NCBI RefSeq assembly: GCF_018977255.1
Contig: NW_024704742.1
Coordinates: forward strand, 23,314,001 to 23,378,000
Direction: 5' to 3'
DNA length: 64,000 bases
Source of the DNA: Callorhinchus milii
Taxonomy: Eukaryota
Numbering within the stretch: position 1 is the stretch's first letter; each line of letters starts with the position of its first letter. Below the pieces are notes generated by a model, which searched no databases, had not been told where the DNA came from, and was given only the letters and a program-made list of their open reading frames with translations. This document shows, piece after piece, positions 13,001-26,092 of the stretch. A program made the position numbers and the translations under genes.

Positions 13001-16000
13001 CTGTTCTGTGACACAGTGCTACAAACGGTAGTGTAAATGCATAACCCAGTTTCATGTTCTACTGCAGCCTCATATATATTGTTAGTTTAGTAAATAAAAA
13101 TATAAAACATAAAATGTCAAAGCACTGAATTGCTTCAAACCTTATTAAAATAAGTACATTATGTTAGTCACAATAAATGTTAAACATGGATGTTAAATGT
13201 GGCCCTTATGCATTAAACATTGTAACGTGTATTTAACATTGTTACAGATAATAAAGTACATGAAAAATATGGCAGATCAGTCTACGCTCATTTCCGGAAG
13301 GTTGTGCATTCTGTGTCAATTGCTTTAAGACGAGCTCCCTATGTTGAAAGGGATACGTGAAAATAGTTGTTGTTGATATGGTTTTGAATGTACATCTTTT
13401 ATTCAAAATAGTCGGTTCAAAATGGATGTCGCTGGTAAGAACCTGTCTTTCTAAAAATCACTGGTAGATCTCAAAAGTATTCGTCCAGCTCTCGCAAACC
13501 GAAAATAAAATGAATGTACCAATCTTCAGAATAAATGTTTTGGAAATGCAGAGCTGACTGACCAAATGGTACAGAAGGTTGTTTCCTGCTGAGTGGTTTG
13601 CCAATAACCTTCCACAGCAGAACAAAACCATGCTTTGTGCAGCTAATGACATGTTAGATTAAACAGAAAATTACCCAACCTAACCCAACTCGTCTTAAAA
13701 TGTCAAGTCTGGGTAAAGCTCACATTATAAATGAGGATGTACAGAACATGAAACTGGCTTATGAATTCACACTTTAAAGGATGCTTGTTGTAGACTAGGA
13801 GCACTTTATCACACAAACGTAAACTTTGGAGAACAGTTTAAAACAGGCAGTTTGATTTCAACCCCAAACGTGAAATCTTCGGCACAAATGAAACATAACA
13901 ATTATTAAAATTATACCAAAGCAACATAGCAGGTCTCAGTATTAATTTATTTCATAAAACTGTTGCCCGATTACTCAAATTATCATTTCTGATTCCAGTA
14001 AGGGAAAGAGAAAGATTGTACTACAGCTAGAATCAGGGATCACACCCAAGCTTCACCAGGTTAAAACCATGTTCATTTGAATTGAAAATTGTAAATTACA
14101 AGAAAAATAATTAAAAATAGGCAATGGAAAAAATACTAATTGGAACAAAAAATACCTCTTCCCTTTGTGTATATGATCCTGGACATTTCTCTGTTAGCTT
14201 CAATTAACGTTTACTAACAGGGAGGGTAGAAAATTGGCAGGGAAAAAATTGTAAAGAGATTTGTATCTGAGTTTTAGCAGTGACACTACAAGAAAACAGT
14301 GGAAACGGGAAGCACGGAAAGCAAGCTGGCTTGGTATACAACTAGCTCAACATAAGTTGATCATGTTGACTATTTACCTGCCTGTGGAGATGCAAGTATT
14401 TGATGTACTCAGAACATGTTTTAAGCAGAAGTTTTAACAGATCGCTGCCTTTTCACGGTGACCCAAAAGTAATGTGCAAGTAAGACTCATGGAACTGTGT
14501 ATGTCAGAATGAAGCACTTTTATGATGGTTTACATTTTTATATTTTCATCAAATAATATAAATTTCTTACATTTTGGATTTTTTAAAAATACGTTTCTTG
14601 CATACTTTCATTGTTTTAATATTGAATCGTAGATAGTTCTATTGAAATTATGATACTTTATTTATTTTTGAAAAAGAAAGGAAACTTTTCTCAATTTAAA
14701 TTCTGTAAAATAGCCCCTTCATAGTGCTATGAGCACCCTTTAGACGATTTCCCTAAAAGAGAAACTGATGACTACAAAGTATTTGGAAATAGTCTGTTGT
14801 AAATCGAGTGGAACCTTTTAAATCAGTTCCTTAACAAAACTATTCACATTCTTTGCCTTTGAATGAACATCTGTCAGCACCACCAATACAAATATGACAT
14901 GTCGCATAGAATTTTTTTTATTATTTTCTTCATAGTCCTAAAAGTTCAATATTGTATACAGTATATTTTAAAACTACACTTGTTAGAAACAACTTCAATA
15001 CAATCAAAACTGTAGGTTTCCACCCGGACATTAATGAGTTAAATGTAAGTTTCTAATTGCCCAGCTAGCAGGCTTAAGCAGTGCTAAGTGTTAAACGCTT
15101 TGAGACCTCCACCCGACGGGAAAAAAGCTATATAAATGTAAATTATATTATATAGCAGAAAAATTACTCTCAGGCATGCAACATCAAAATGATCAGGTAC
15201 ATATGACCAAGCCAAATATTGTACACATTAACTGATCAAACCCGGATTCTTGAGCTCCCTCCCCAAATCCAGTACTTTAGGATCTGATTAAAGTACATGA
15301 CTGCCACGATTTAACTGATGATAAAATTGTAGTGCAACATTTATTTTCCAAACTTGCTATTACTTTTCAGCCTGCTCACAAAATCAACTCCAGAAGGTGG
15401 TTTCAGACACAAATCAATGCCCACTGCTCCAGTATAAATGCAACCAATGCAGCACTAATTCCGGATTTTTCAACTAGCAAATCTTCGGCATAGCCTTCCA
15501 ACATTAATCCTTGAGACGTAATCTAGCACTGGGTCTATCTGTAGATCAAGGCAATAGGATGATTACAGATACAAAGTTGGAACACAAGAAATGAGTTCAG
15601 TTTCCAGCAGGCTCAACACAAAGGAAGATGGTTCTGAAGAGATTTGTTGTATTGAAGACAATAAAGAAATCTGAAGGTTCTCTATTCTCAAAGGTACCTC
15701 TCTAAACCTATTTTGCAATGGTACATTTACACCAACCACAAGCAAACAGGTCTGTGTCTACATAAGTTCTGTTGGATAGACATGAAAGACTGTGGTAGCA
15801 GTAAGCAGTAAAATGTGGTCCCACTGTTTGAAACAATCTAAAACTGTAAACAATGCAATATCACTTCCAGGAGTAGAAATAAGATTTTATATGTAAAAAC
15901 AACTTCAATACACATATTCACACATCATTCAAACATCCCATTTGAAAGAAGCAGTCTGAACATTAGCACTCCTTTTAAAGGATTGTTTCCAAAAAATATT

Positions 16001-17168
16001 TTGGTTTGAACAGCAAGCGCTGGTGACATCATTGGAATAAATGGCTTGGAGGAATTATTGAGCCTGACATTTGAGAGAGGCTAAATTAACATGTACAGTT
16101 GAAATTACATAATCACTGAAGCACTCTGGATTAATGCCTACATCCTGGCTGATATTAATTCAGGTCCCACACTCCTCCAAGCCAGTCATTTTTTAATGAA
16201 GTCATCAACGCTTATGTTGAACAAAAATATACCAAAACTGAAAGGATGTTTAAATCATTGATTCAATTTTTTAAAAAAGTAGAATATAGGTTTAAGCTAC
16301 TTCTTCCAGAGTTTTAGTTAGATAAATCAGATTTTTATTAAGTATAAGGCCATACCAAATACTGATACTGAAATATTACAATTGTTTGATTTGCTTGTAC
16401 ATTTAGGGTTTTGCAATTCACATTATATTATACTTACAACTATGGCTCAAGAGAGTTTTGGAAGTTTGCACTTTCTGCAAATGCACAAAGCTTTTTAAAA
16501 CTTCAGGCAAGCTCACACATACTGGTCGAGTGCAAACAAACTGGTGCCTGGCTGCTATGTCGTCAGTTTTCTAATGTGGTTTCAATTATCACTAACATAT
16601 AGCTGCATTTGGCAAAAAAAATTGAAAGCCAAATGATTAAAAAGTTCCCCCATGTTACTGTGCTATAGCCTGGTCTGGTAACAGTGTAGCCGTCACGCAT
16701 CATGAAATAAATCTCTGAGGAGGTATATCAGAACTACTTGTCTGTCTTCAGCCACTTGGCAGACACAGATAGCAAGACTCTCTGATCCAAAGTTCTACTA
16801 TTGTTTATGGAATGATATAATATAGAATATCACAATGAGAGATTTGTTTGAAAATAGCACTGTTTCAAAGTCTTTTTACAAAAATGGTTAAATCAAATAA
16901 ATTAATGATTCATTCTCACAGGCCATTTAAAAATGAGCTGGGGAGAACATTGTTCAACCAGCAACTATTTGATTTCTGTTTCATCACAAGTTTACAATTA
17001 GTTTGGATGAAGAAGGCCCTTTGATCTATCTGTCGCATCTCTCCAGAATACCCACCTATTGGCCTCCTATCTCATGCTTCGGTTCACTTCCTGTATTGCA
17101 AATTCTGGCAATGAAGAAAACTACCACTTCATTCACTATGGCCTTAATGCATCTCTATTTTGCCACTA

Positions 17169-17372
<204 letters not shown>

Positions 17373-17592
17373 TCAGTCGAGAGCTTTTGGCTGTGAAGTG
17401 TGGATTCATTTTACATAAGCTAACTCCTTGGCTACCTTGTATTTAGACTACAGAATAATTAGGCAACTCAGTAGTTTGCTGGTTGAAACTTTGACTTAAC
17501 CAGACGAAAAAGATAATAAGTGAGAGTCCCAAAGTTGCCTGACCGTAAGACCAACAGGCTCACATCAGGTCAGTTTTGGAACTTGGTGACCA

Positions 17593-17610
17593 GGCCACTA
17601 GGTGGAGCAC
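17593..17610 (+). promoter_or_regulatory. CTCF-like binding motif
   Basis: ggCCACTAGGTGGAGCac is close to the CTCF core CCACYAGRKGGCRC. Motif match only. Confidence 0.5.
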
Positions 17611-17798
17611 AATGCTGTAGTGAAGGGATCCATTGGGCAGGTGACCCAGACCGACAGACTCAAAGACAAATCAACCTCTTCTTTCCGTAAACTTGAATTG
17701 TACCACTGATGACTGCTCCAGAGAAGTTCATATTAACGGACTTTTTTTTATATGAAGAAGGCAATGATGGTTTAGACTGTTCTACAAAGATAATAATT

Positions 17799-18412
17799 CA
17801 GTAAAACTCACGTAAGTCTTATCTCCATAAAACGTATAATAGCCTGAGTCGTACATCTAGCCGAGTCCCATTCAGTTCCCGTCAAAAACACTTAAGATTT
17901 CTTTGCTCTACTCGTATTAACCATCCTCTAACCTGTAACCCCGCGCTCTCCTATCCACCACTACTCCAGCACTTAATGGCTGCACTGAATCGCGGGAAAT
18001 GATGCCCTGACCCATTGACGCATGCGCATTTACCAGGCGGCTAAATTGGATTGTGGGAAACGTAGTCTTGATGCATCAAATCATATACAGAACAACTCCC
18101 ATTTTCCCGTGATTCAATGAGAATCCAATGTTTGCTGGTAAGTGTGCATGCGGCGACGGGTCAAGTCGCGTTGAATTACGGGAAGCGTAGTCTTGACCGT
18201 CATCGCATGTCTACCTACTGGCTGCATGGATGAACTACCACAATGTACACGTAGCAGCTGCATTGAATTACACATGCGCAATGTAGATTATTGATGAAGT
18301 TGGATTTTATACGATTTATATAAGTTTGCCTGCAACTCAGACTTAGTGTAAGTCAAAATGCATGGTCAGAAATTTATGGTCTCGACTGATACAACTTATG
18401 TGAATTTTACTG
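17799..18412. mobile_element. Non-autonomous Tc1/mariner (pogo/Tigger-like) TIR element
   Basis: Left end cagtaaaactcacgtaagtcttatc matches the reverse complement of the right end, cagtaaaattcacataagttgtatc (21 of 25). CAGT termini with TA on the right flank. No transposase ORF. Confidence 0.8.
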
Positions 18413-19354
18413 TATTAACAAGAGTGGATATAGCCAACCAGTCACTGAAGGAATAGTACCAGAGAAGTAACTAGTGAGGACCCTAAAAAATTCACATTCT
18501 TGTAGATAGTACAAAAGCAACTATTTTCATGAAGAAACAAATCTTAAACCATGAAACGAGACATTTGTGGCTTTTCCACACCAACTTTGCAGTAAAACAT
18601 TGAACATAATAATGTCTATCTTAGCTAAGCTTATAGTGCGGTTTATCACCAGAATCAGTATGAGTAGGGCAATTGCCTTAAATGTTCAAAGACTCAAGGT
18701 CATAAACAAAGACCAAGCTGGAACATAAATGTAAAAGGCACCTGGGAGTAACTACAAGGAGAATAACAGACAGTTAGGAGCAAATACACAGCCCTAATAT
18801 GATCAATGGGTCTGGATGGCATAAAATACAAGATTAAATTACAGCCTTGAAATTGCTCCCAGGTTATTGATTAAAATCCAGACTACAAGTCATTGCCCTA
18901 ATTTATATTCCTATTTCTGGAAATAAGTTATAGAATGATTTCTTATGTAACCAAGGTTTGCAAATTGGTTGCTTTTTAAGGTTTCTTTTTTAAAAAAACG
19001 TTGTTTTCAAAATTTTCATGCATTTACAATGCTAAGTACATATGGTACACTCTGCTCATACGGTGCTTGCAGGAATATGCATTCGTGAATAGGTTTTATT
19101 GGGGTATGATGGAGGCAGAGTGCATTTATAAACACTTACAAAACCCTTCACACACTTGGCTAGCTCAGGCCTGCTGCATGTCCCCCACCATCATGGTTGA
19201 GTCTTGAGTAACTATGTCCTGCTTCTACTGCGCCTACCACGGTGACCTCCAAGTCACCTCCCCACTTCCCTTGCTCATCATCTAACCCTTTCTCTGATAC
19301 GCGATTCAAGAAGTTATCCTATGTGAAAGGTGCTACATAAATGCAAGTTGTTAT

Positions 19355-19455
19355 TGCTGAGCAAGCGAGGCTGGGAGTGAAGGTGAGAGCAAGCAAGCGA
19401 AGGTGAGAGCAAGTGCGCGAGCGGGGGAGTGAGAGAGCGAGGGCAAGTGAGAGAG
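19355..19455 (+). repeat. Purine-rich low-complexity repeat (gagcaag / gaaggtgaga units)
   Basis: Directly visible degenerate tandem units. Confidence 0.75.
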
Positions 19456-22400
19456 GTCTTGTCTATGCTGATTTCGACTGGTAATGGTAGGTGGGTTTAC
19501 TGTTCTTCATTAGAATCTGCTACTTTCCTTCTTCGATCTGCTTTACTATCTGGGGGGAAGGGGACCTGAATTATGTGGAACTCCACGACTGCCAAATCTG
19601 AATGCCACGTCTCCAGTGGATCTTTCACCTGTGTCTGTTTGGGGAAGTCCTCCTTGTTGCTAAAAGTGATAGTTTTGCTCACTTATGTGGTGTGAGAAGG
19701 TGGGGGGATTTATTTCTCTCCAGTCAAGCGACTGGAGATTGTAAGGCCCTTCAATCTTTATAACCTTTCAGATTGCTATTTAGAACAGCTGGATTTAAGG
19801 ACATAGCAGAGCATGTACAGCAGTGTGCCTGTCTGGCTCAGACTCTCCAGCAGTTACGTGCCAGACAGGGATGGAATGTGTGGTTTACATGGGGCTGAAG
19901 CATGTTTAGTGCCCAAATGTGATCTGATCTGATCTGCCTAAATTCTGCTCCATGTGGAGGTTTTAAGGATGGACCTTTCTTACACTTCTTCGTTCCTCCT
20001 CGTTGTGTGAGAAGCTAAGCCTCATTCCGAGATTTGCGTAAGACAATCCTTTAAAATAGAAGGGTACACAGTATACAAAATAGACACATGTGTCTTTAAG
20101 GAGTAGGTTTTAATTTTATGCAGTGCTTTTTCTGTTTTTTGTCAGTATTTGTGCCAGTTGTACTGTCAATGTTTGTGTTCATACATGAGGATACCTGATG
20201 TACTACATTACACCGCAGTAATAATTGGAATAGTATAAGTGCTATATAGATTTAAGCCTTTTTAGAGCACCGAACTTCTATTAAATATGTTCCGTATCCA
20301 AGACGAGTTTCTATCAAATTACAATACTAATCAGTGTACAATGTCAGAGGACTAAGTACACAAAACATCAAATGTTTATATATTAAGTGTGAATAAAAAA
20401 ATTGTTTAAAAGGTTGCCTGAACACTACCGACATTTCTCTAATAGTTCATTAAAATGCACACATTTTGTTGAATGCACACATGCAAACCACAATTACAAT
20501 GTAAAATAACTGTTCGTTACAACACAAAGTCAGAGCGAAACAAAAACCCTTTCAATATGTTCAAATCAGGACAAGCTGTTTGATTGCCATTGCTGTCTCA
20601 TGTCACATTAAAGCATGACAAACATTAAACCATACACTTAAATGGCAATTTATATCATTTAAATGTTTACTGCGGGAGCAGCTCATCACTCATTTAAATG
20701 TGACTTTCTGACAGCTAATTTCAGTTAATTTTCTGTATCCACTTAATTAGAACTTTCAATCAAGAAAGAAGAAGGGCTTGTAAATGTTTTCTGCATGGGA
20801 TGACATTCTCTTCTTGTTACGATGGGGCTAGTGAATTGTAAACCTTTCTCCATAATGAATTATCAGATACTACATCATGCCAGAGCAAAGACTGACCATA
20901 TGGAAATCTGCTGCAATGATTCTTCTAGACATATGCTTTAGACGGAATTTTATTTATGATCAAGTATAAACTAGAACATCAACAACTATAACATTCCTTT
21001 GTACCAAAGGATAATTTACAGACATAATTCTTACAACAACTATAATGATACAATAGACTACATTAAATGGCAATTGAATCTCTGGAAATAAAATTGCATC
21101 ATTAAAAGTGAATTATGGCTATTTATAAACTGTAAAGAATCTTCTGAATGTCCGGATAGTGAATTTATTTGAGGGTAATGAAAAAGGACCCTATACTTAG
21201 TAAAAACTAACAGAATATACAACAGCAAGTTTCATTTAAATGAATAAATCTTGCTCAGTATACAGTAGATCACTGCAGGCAGGGGTAAGCTACAAAGGCT
21301 TGCTCAAAACAAAGACAGATACTGAATAAATATTTAGTAGTTTTGTTATTTTGCCCTGATATCAAAATACCTGCTTTTCACAAGAGTGTGGAGATGCGAT
21401 CTTCAAAAGTAACTTTTAGTTATCAAAATCTGAATTTGAAAGATGTGCCATTCTTTAATAGTTTGCCTTCTTGAAAATCTCCAGAATACACACAGTTTAG
21501 ATCTGCATTCAGGTCACTAGTATATTTTGGTTAAAGTGGAGAATTCACCAGAGCAGGAATTTCTCATGGCAGATGCACACTTGTTCTGTTTATAGTGTAC
21601 TGGGGTATGACATTCTCAATTGGACCTCAGCCACCAGCTGGCAATGGAACAGCCATTCAAATAAACAGAGATACTGATCATAGACATGTCCCATTTACAC
21701 ACCTAATAAAGAGCCGGTCTCTAATCTTATTAATGTGAACTCACGACTTCTACAGTGAATCAGAATGCATTTAGAATGGTTTACAAGAAAAGCAATAAGC
21801 ACGTGCTGCAGGGATGGCAATAATCTTTCTAAAATACCGTACTATCTAATGTATTGAACATCAGCTCCTAAAAAAACGGATCACTACAAGTTACATCTCT
21901 GTTTGTAAGTCATAAAACCTGCATGAATGTGAGCTATGCAAGGGATTTTAGAGCACAAGAAATATTTTGATATATGTTTGTATATTATATGAAATATAGT
22001 GTTTATTAAAACAAAGATAGATTCTTATCACAAAATTTAAAATGATTTTAATGCAAGTTTAGAAGATCCTTCTCCTACTTCTCAGAGAGTGAATGCTTCA
22101 AATAAGAAGAGCACCCAGCTCAACTTTATAATCAAAATTCAGTTTACACATCCAACTTTGATTTGCTTGAAGTGGGAGAATTTTTTCTTAAATGCTCAGT
22201 TGGAAACATTGAAATGTTCACATGACCACAATCGATTCAGTGCAATAAAAAGTGCAGTACTGTCATGTAAACAAGAGTTCAGTCTCCAAGGCTATGAGAT
22301 CAGAGTTCAGCTTGAGATCTGGTCACATTACACAATTGTGACTTTAGACTTTAGTTTCCATCAGTTCTAAGCCAACCTGCCAGCAAGACATTTCACCATG

Positions 22401-23309
22401 GGGGAACAACTGACGCACAAGTGTGCTTCCCGCCAACTGATCAATTCAATGGAATTGATGTTGGAAATTGTAGTGAGATCTGTGGGCTGTTTCCAGTCCT
22501 TCCATATGGAAAGGGTCATTGATAGAAAGAGAGAAAGAATACATTTCATACAAACACTAAATCATATCCCTTGGCAGTAACTTGTTAAAATGACTATATT
22601 TTAAAAAGTCATTACATAACCTCAAAGGATATAGATCATGTGGGCTACCATGATACATTGTAATTATATATTTTCCGACCAGAACCTGTCTTTCCAAATT
22701 TGCTGCGGTACATTATGTGTTTTGTTAAGTTTAAAAGATTGCATACAGCAATCTCCATCTCACAGCATTCTATTGTGGGTCACAAGTGAAATTATGTGTC
22801 ACTGGCTGAATATTTCAATCACGCACCCACAATTCCAGTGCAAAAGGAATCAAATTTCATTCTAATGGCTGTGTTATTAACTGTAGGACACGAGTCAGGG
22901 TCCAAAGATTTCAGGATGTTTTGTAGTTATGGATTATGGGTGGACAATAATAAAACCTCATTTGAATTATGTTTCTTTTTAAAAAGAGCCCCACTACTCA
23001 TGAGATTTTTGAGGATAACAAAACAGTGACAGCATTTTCGTCGTTCCCCCAAACCTTGAGAAGGAAGATTTAACTCCTCTTGTATTATCAGTAGTAGACT
23101 GATGTTCATCACCTATTTTGATAATTGGCTTTTAGAGTTGTATAACAAACATTGGATATATGGGAGTGAGTTACAAAACTTTAACTTAATTCAGGTGTTC
23201 AGATAACATCAGAACTTGTGGACCTGATTTCTATCTCTCTGCCTCGACTCTTGATTCCAGGACCACTGCTGTTCCCTGTCAAACATCAAGTTCTGGATGA
23301 GCTCTAACT

Positions 23310-23490
23310 ATTTTGCCTGCAAAATATACAGTCAATTCACTTTACAGTATATTCTGTGAAGCGGTTTGAGACATCTCGAAGGTGTGATAAGGCGCTATAT
23401 CAAATGCAGGGATTATTATTATTCTGTGAAAAGCTTTGAGTCATCTCAAAGACATGATAAGGTGCTATATCAAATGCAAGGATTATTATT
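23310..23490 (+). mobile_element. SINE 3' part with tandemly duplicated tail
   Basis: attctgtgaa...gctatatcaaatgca.ggattattatt occurs twice in tandem. Confidence 0.85.
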
Positions 23491-23559
23491 TCAACATTCT
23501 CATTCTCACTTTCAAATGCAATTCTCACTTTCAATGGCCTCACATCACCCTAGCTCTGC

Positions 23560-23885
23560 AACCTGCTGTTGGCAAGGCTAATGTCCCGACTGTTCCCTCC
23601 GCTCTGCAAACACTGACCTGTTTAACATACCGCAGCCACTCCATCCCAACATTGGTGGGCTTGCATAAATGTTGCCCACATCCCTCTGTAACTCCATCTA
23701 GGAACCCTTCCAAAGTGCTGCCTCCCTCTTCTCGTTCAAAACTCACCTTAAAAGCTATCTCTTTAACCTTGCTTTCAGTCACCTTTCTCTCACCCACTGA
23801 GCCCCAGTTCAGGCTTCCAGTGCAAAGTGCTTTAAGAGGTCCTTCCAACATGAAAGGCGCTAAATAAATACAAATTGTAGTCATC
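23560..23885 (+). mobile_element. L2 LINE 3' end, degraded
   Basis: Pyrimidine-rich L2 3' region (ttcaaaactcaccttaaa..ctatctcttt) ending in gaaaggcgctaaataaatacaaattgt. Confidence 0.7.
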
Positions 23886-24589
23886 AATAGAAACATGCAT
23901 ATCAAGATAACTGACAAATCACTCTATGGGTGGCTTAATAACAGAATGCAGCTGGAGAAAACTTTAACGAGGACAGATGTCTCCCAATCGTGAAGCAAAT
24001 ATTCTTGAAACCATTGGACAGTTTATAGATTTCCCAATCCCAAATGCAAGATGCAACAACTGTGGTTCAGATGGTTAAAGCTGTAATAATAACAATAAAA
24101 TAATAATAATAACGATAATAGTAATCCTTGCATTTGCGCTGATCACATCAGGTTAAAGCTGCACTTGAACTTGACAATACAAGGGACAGAATTCCAGGCA
24201 ACAACACTGAGTCAGCAGTTTTGCAGACAGGGAAAGGAAAGCAGTGTGTGAATCTTCACCGATGGCAGACACTTTCGATTGATGTACAGTATAGAGATAA
24301 CAGCTGCAGCAGCTCGTAATCCTTAACGTGGAAGTTTGACTAAAGGTTTGACTTCTCCAAACATTTACCACTAAAGGAGGGCTAAATGTTTGGAAAAACT
24401 CTGTAAATCGGAATAACTGAGGCAACAAAATTGGGATTATTAAAAATACAATTAGATCCTATGATGGAAGTGTTAATGCACTAGAAATGGTCTTTTCCTG
24501 TAATCTACTCTCCTTGTGCTCTGAAAGCTAACAGCTCTTTAAGACAATCAACAGCTTGGCCAAATCTCTTTTAAAAAAAATTGCATTTT

Positions 24590-24830
24590 ACAGAACAGAA
24601 GGAAGTCAATTCCCCATCATGTCTGTGCTAGCTCTCTAATAGAGTTACCCATTTTTGCCCCATTCATAGAATCATAAACGTTTATAGCACAGAAAGAGGC
24701 CATGTTGCCCATCCAGTCTGCAAAGAGTTTCAAATGTGTTCATTCAATCCCATTGCACTGCCTTATCCACATACTCCTTTAAGCTTTTATCTTTCATGTA
24801 CCTGTCAAAATTTGTACAATTCCCTTTTAG
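24590..24830 (-). mobile_element. CR1 LINE 3'-end fragments
   Basis: catagaatcata...agcacagaaagaggccat..gcccatc is typical of reverse-complemented CR1 3' UTRs. Confidence 0.6.
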
Positions 24831-24835
24831 AAGTT

Positions 24836-24972
24836 ATAATAAATAATCCTTGCATTTGATAAGAGTGCTTTATCACGTTGTTGAGATATCTCAAAGCATT
24901 TTACACGATTTTACTCTGAAGTGTAGTAACCGCGTATTTTGTAGGCCAACGGGGCAGCCAATTTGTGCAGAC
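24836..24972 (-). mobile_element. SINE 3' part
   Basis: ataatccttgcatttgat...ggcagccaatttgtgca. Confidence 0.8.
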
Positions 24973-25689
24973 CAATAATGGATTCTGCTTCAACCAATTC
25001 TTTCCATTATTGTTGTAGATGGTGCAATCTTGAAGTGGGGCTTCTTATTCAAGTCCACTGGTCTGTGTTGCTTTCGACTGCATTTAATCCTGGAGGAAGA
25101 GGTGAGTTCCTTTACAGTCTGTCAAACAGCAGTATATTGTACCTTGAAAAGGCAAATAAAGGCTTTGTAGCGGTACTTTCTCCAATGGAAGTGGGCAAAA
25201 TCCATAGGTTTCGTGCCATGATTCCAGGATTTGCCTGCTTACAATGTATTCCGTTGTGCATACAGCAACATACAGCCATTGTAATCAGAAATCACCTGAG
25301 TCAAAAAAAACCTCATTACATTAATGATGCATTCGACCCAACATCACTTAATTCACGAGAGTATCCAAATCAGGTCATGATGGATGGAAATACTACAGGT
25401 GGCTCCCATAACTAGGATAAATGACATCTTCAAATACAAGAAGCAGAAACAGATGTGGGATCAGTGGATTTTTACTTGGTGAGGAATTTGTAGTTTTAAA
25501 TACCATTTTGTGGAAGGTGCAAGGATTCTCGATATTTCAGCTATCATGGTAGTCAGAAGGCAGCGCAGAATTAGTCTCAGGAGAGAATATAGGAAGATCT
25601 TCCATGTTTTATAAGCCTACAAATTATTGCACAGAAAGAGCTTTGAAGAACATGTTATTTTCTATAACAGAGCTGGCAGAATCTATTTT

Positions 25690-26092
25690 AATAATAATAA
25701 TCCTTGCATTTGATATAGAGCTTATCAAGTTGTTGAAACGTCTCAAAGTGCTTCACAGAATATACTGTAAAGTAAATTGACTGTATATGCTATGGGCAAA
25801 ATGTGGCAGCCAATTGCGCACAGCACTGTCCCACAAACAGTCGTGGATTGAAGGGATTATTCGTTTTACCACTATTCCAGGATGCAGGATTTGGCGTCAT
25901 GCCTGCATACGTTGTGTTCGATTGTGAATGTAACAACATTCCACAAGGCAACAACAACAACAAAATTAAATTTATAGAGCGTCTTTCACGTCGGGATGAC
26001 GTCCCAAAGCGCTGGACATTCAGGAGTCAGGACACGAGCATGAGGGAGAGGTGGGAGGGCGACCAAAGGCACAATCGAAGAGAAGAGTCTTG
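25690..26092 (-). mobile_element. SINE 3' half (25690-25855) followed by an L2 3' end (25945-26092)
   Basis: (aat)n-ccttgcatttgatatag tail and gcgcacagcactgtcccacaaacag body, then (aac)n-tttatagagcgtctttcacgtcgggatgacgtcccaaagcgc. Confidence 0.8.

Noticed and set aside
21540..21760. Solo LTR
   Set aside because: AATAAA is present, but I could not define TG...CA termini or a target-site duplication.
23310..23490. CRISPR-like repeated units
   Set aside because: The context is eukaryotic. The repeats are dispersed or tandem SINE tails, with no regular repeat-spacer period and no cas genes.
24963..25415. 150-aa plus-strand ORF
   Set aside because: It begins at a non-ATG codon inside a SINE, has no recognisable domain, and its length is compatible with chance.
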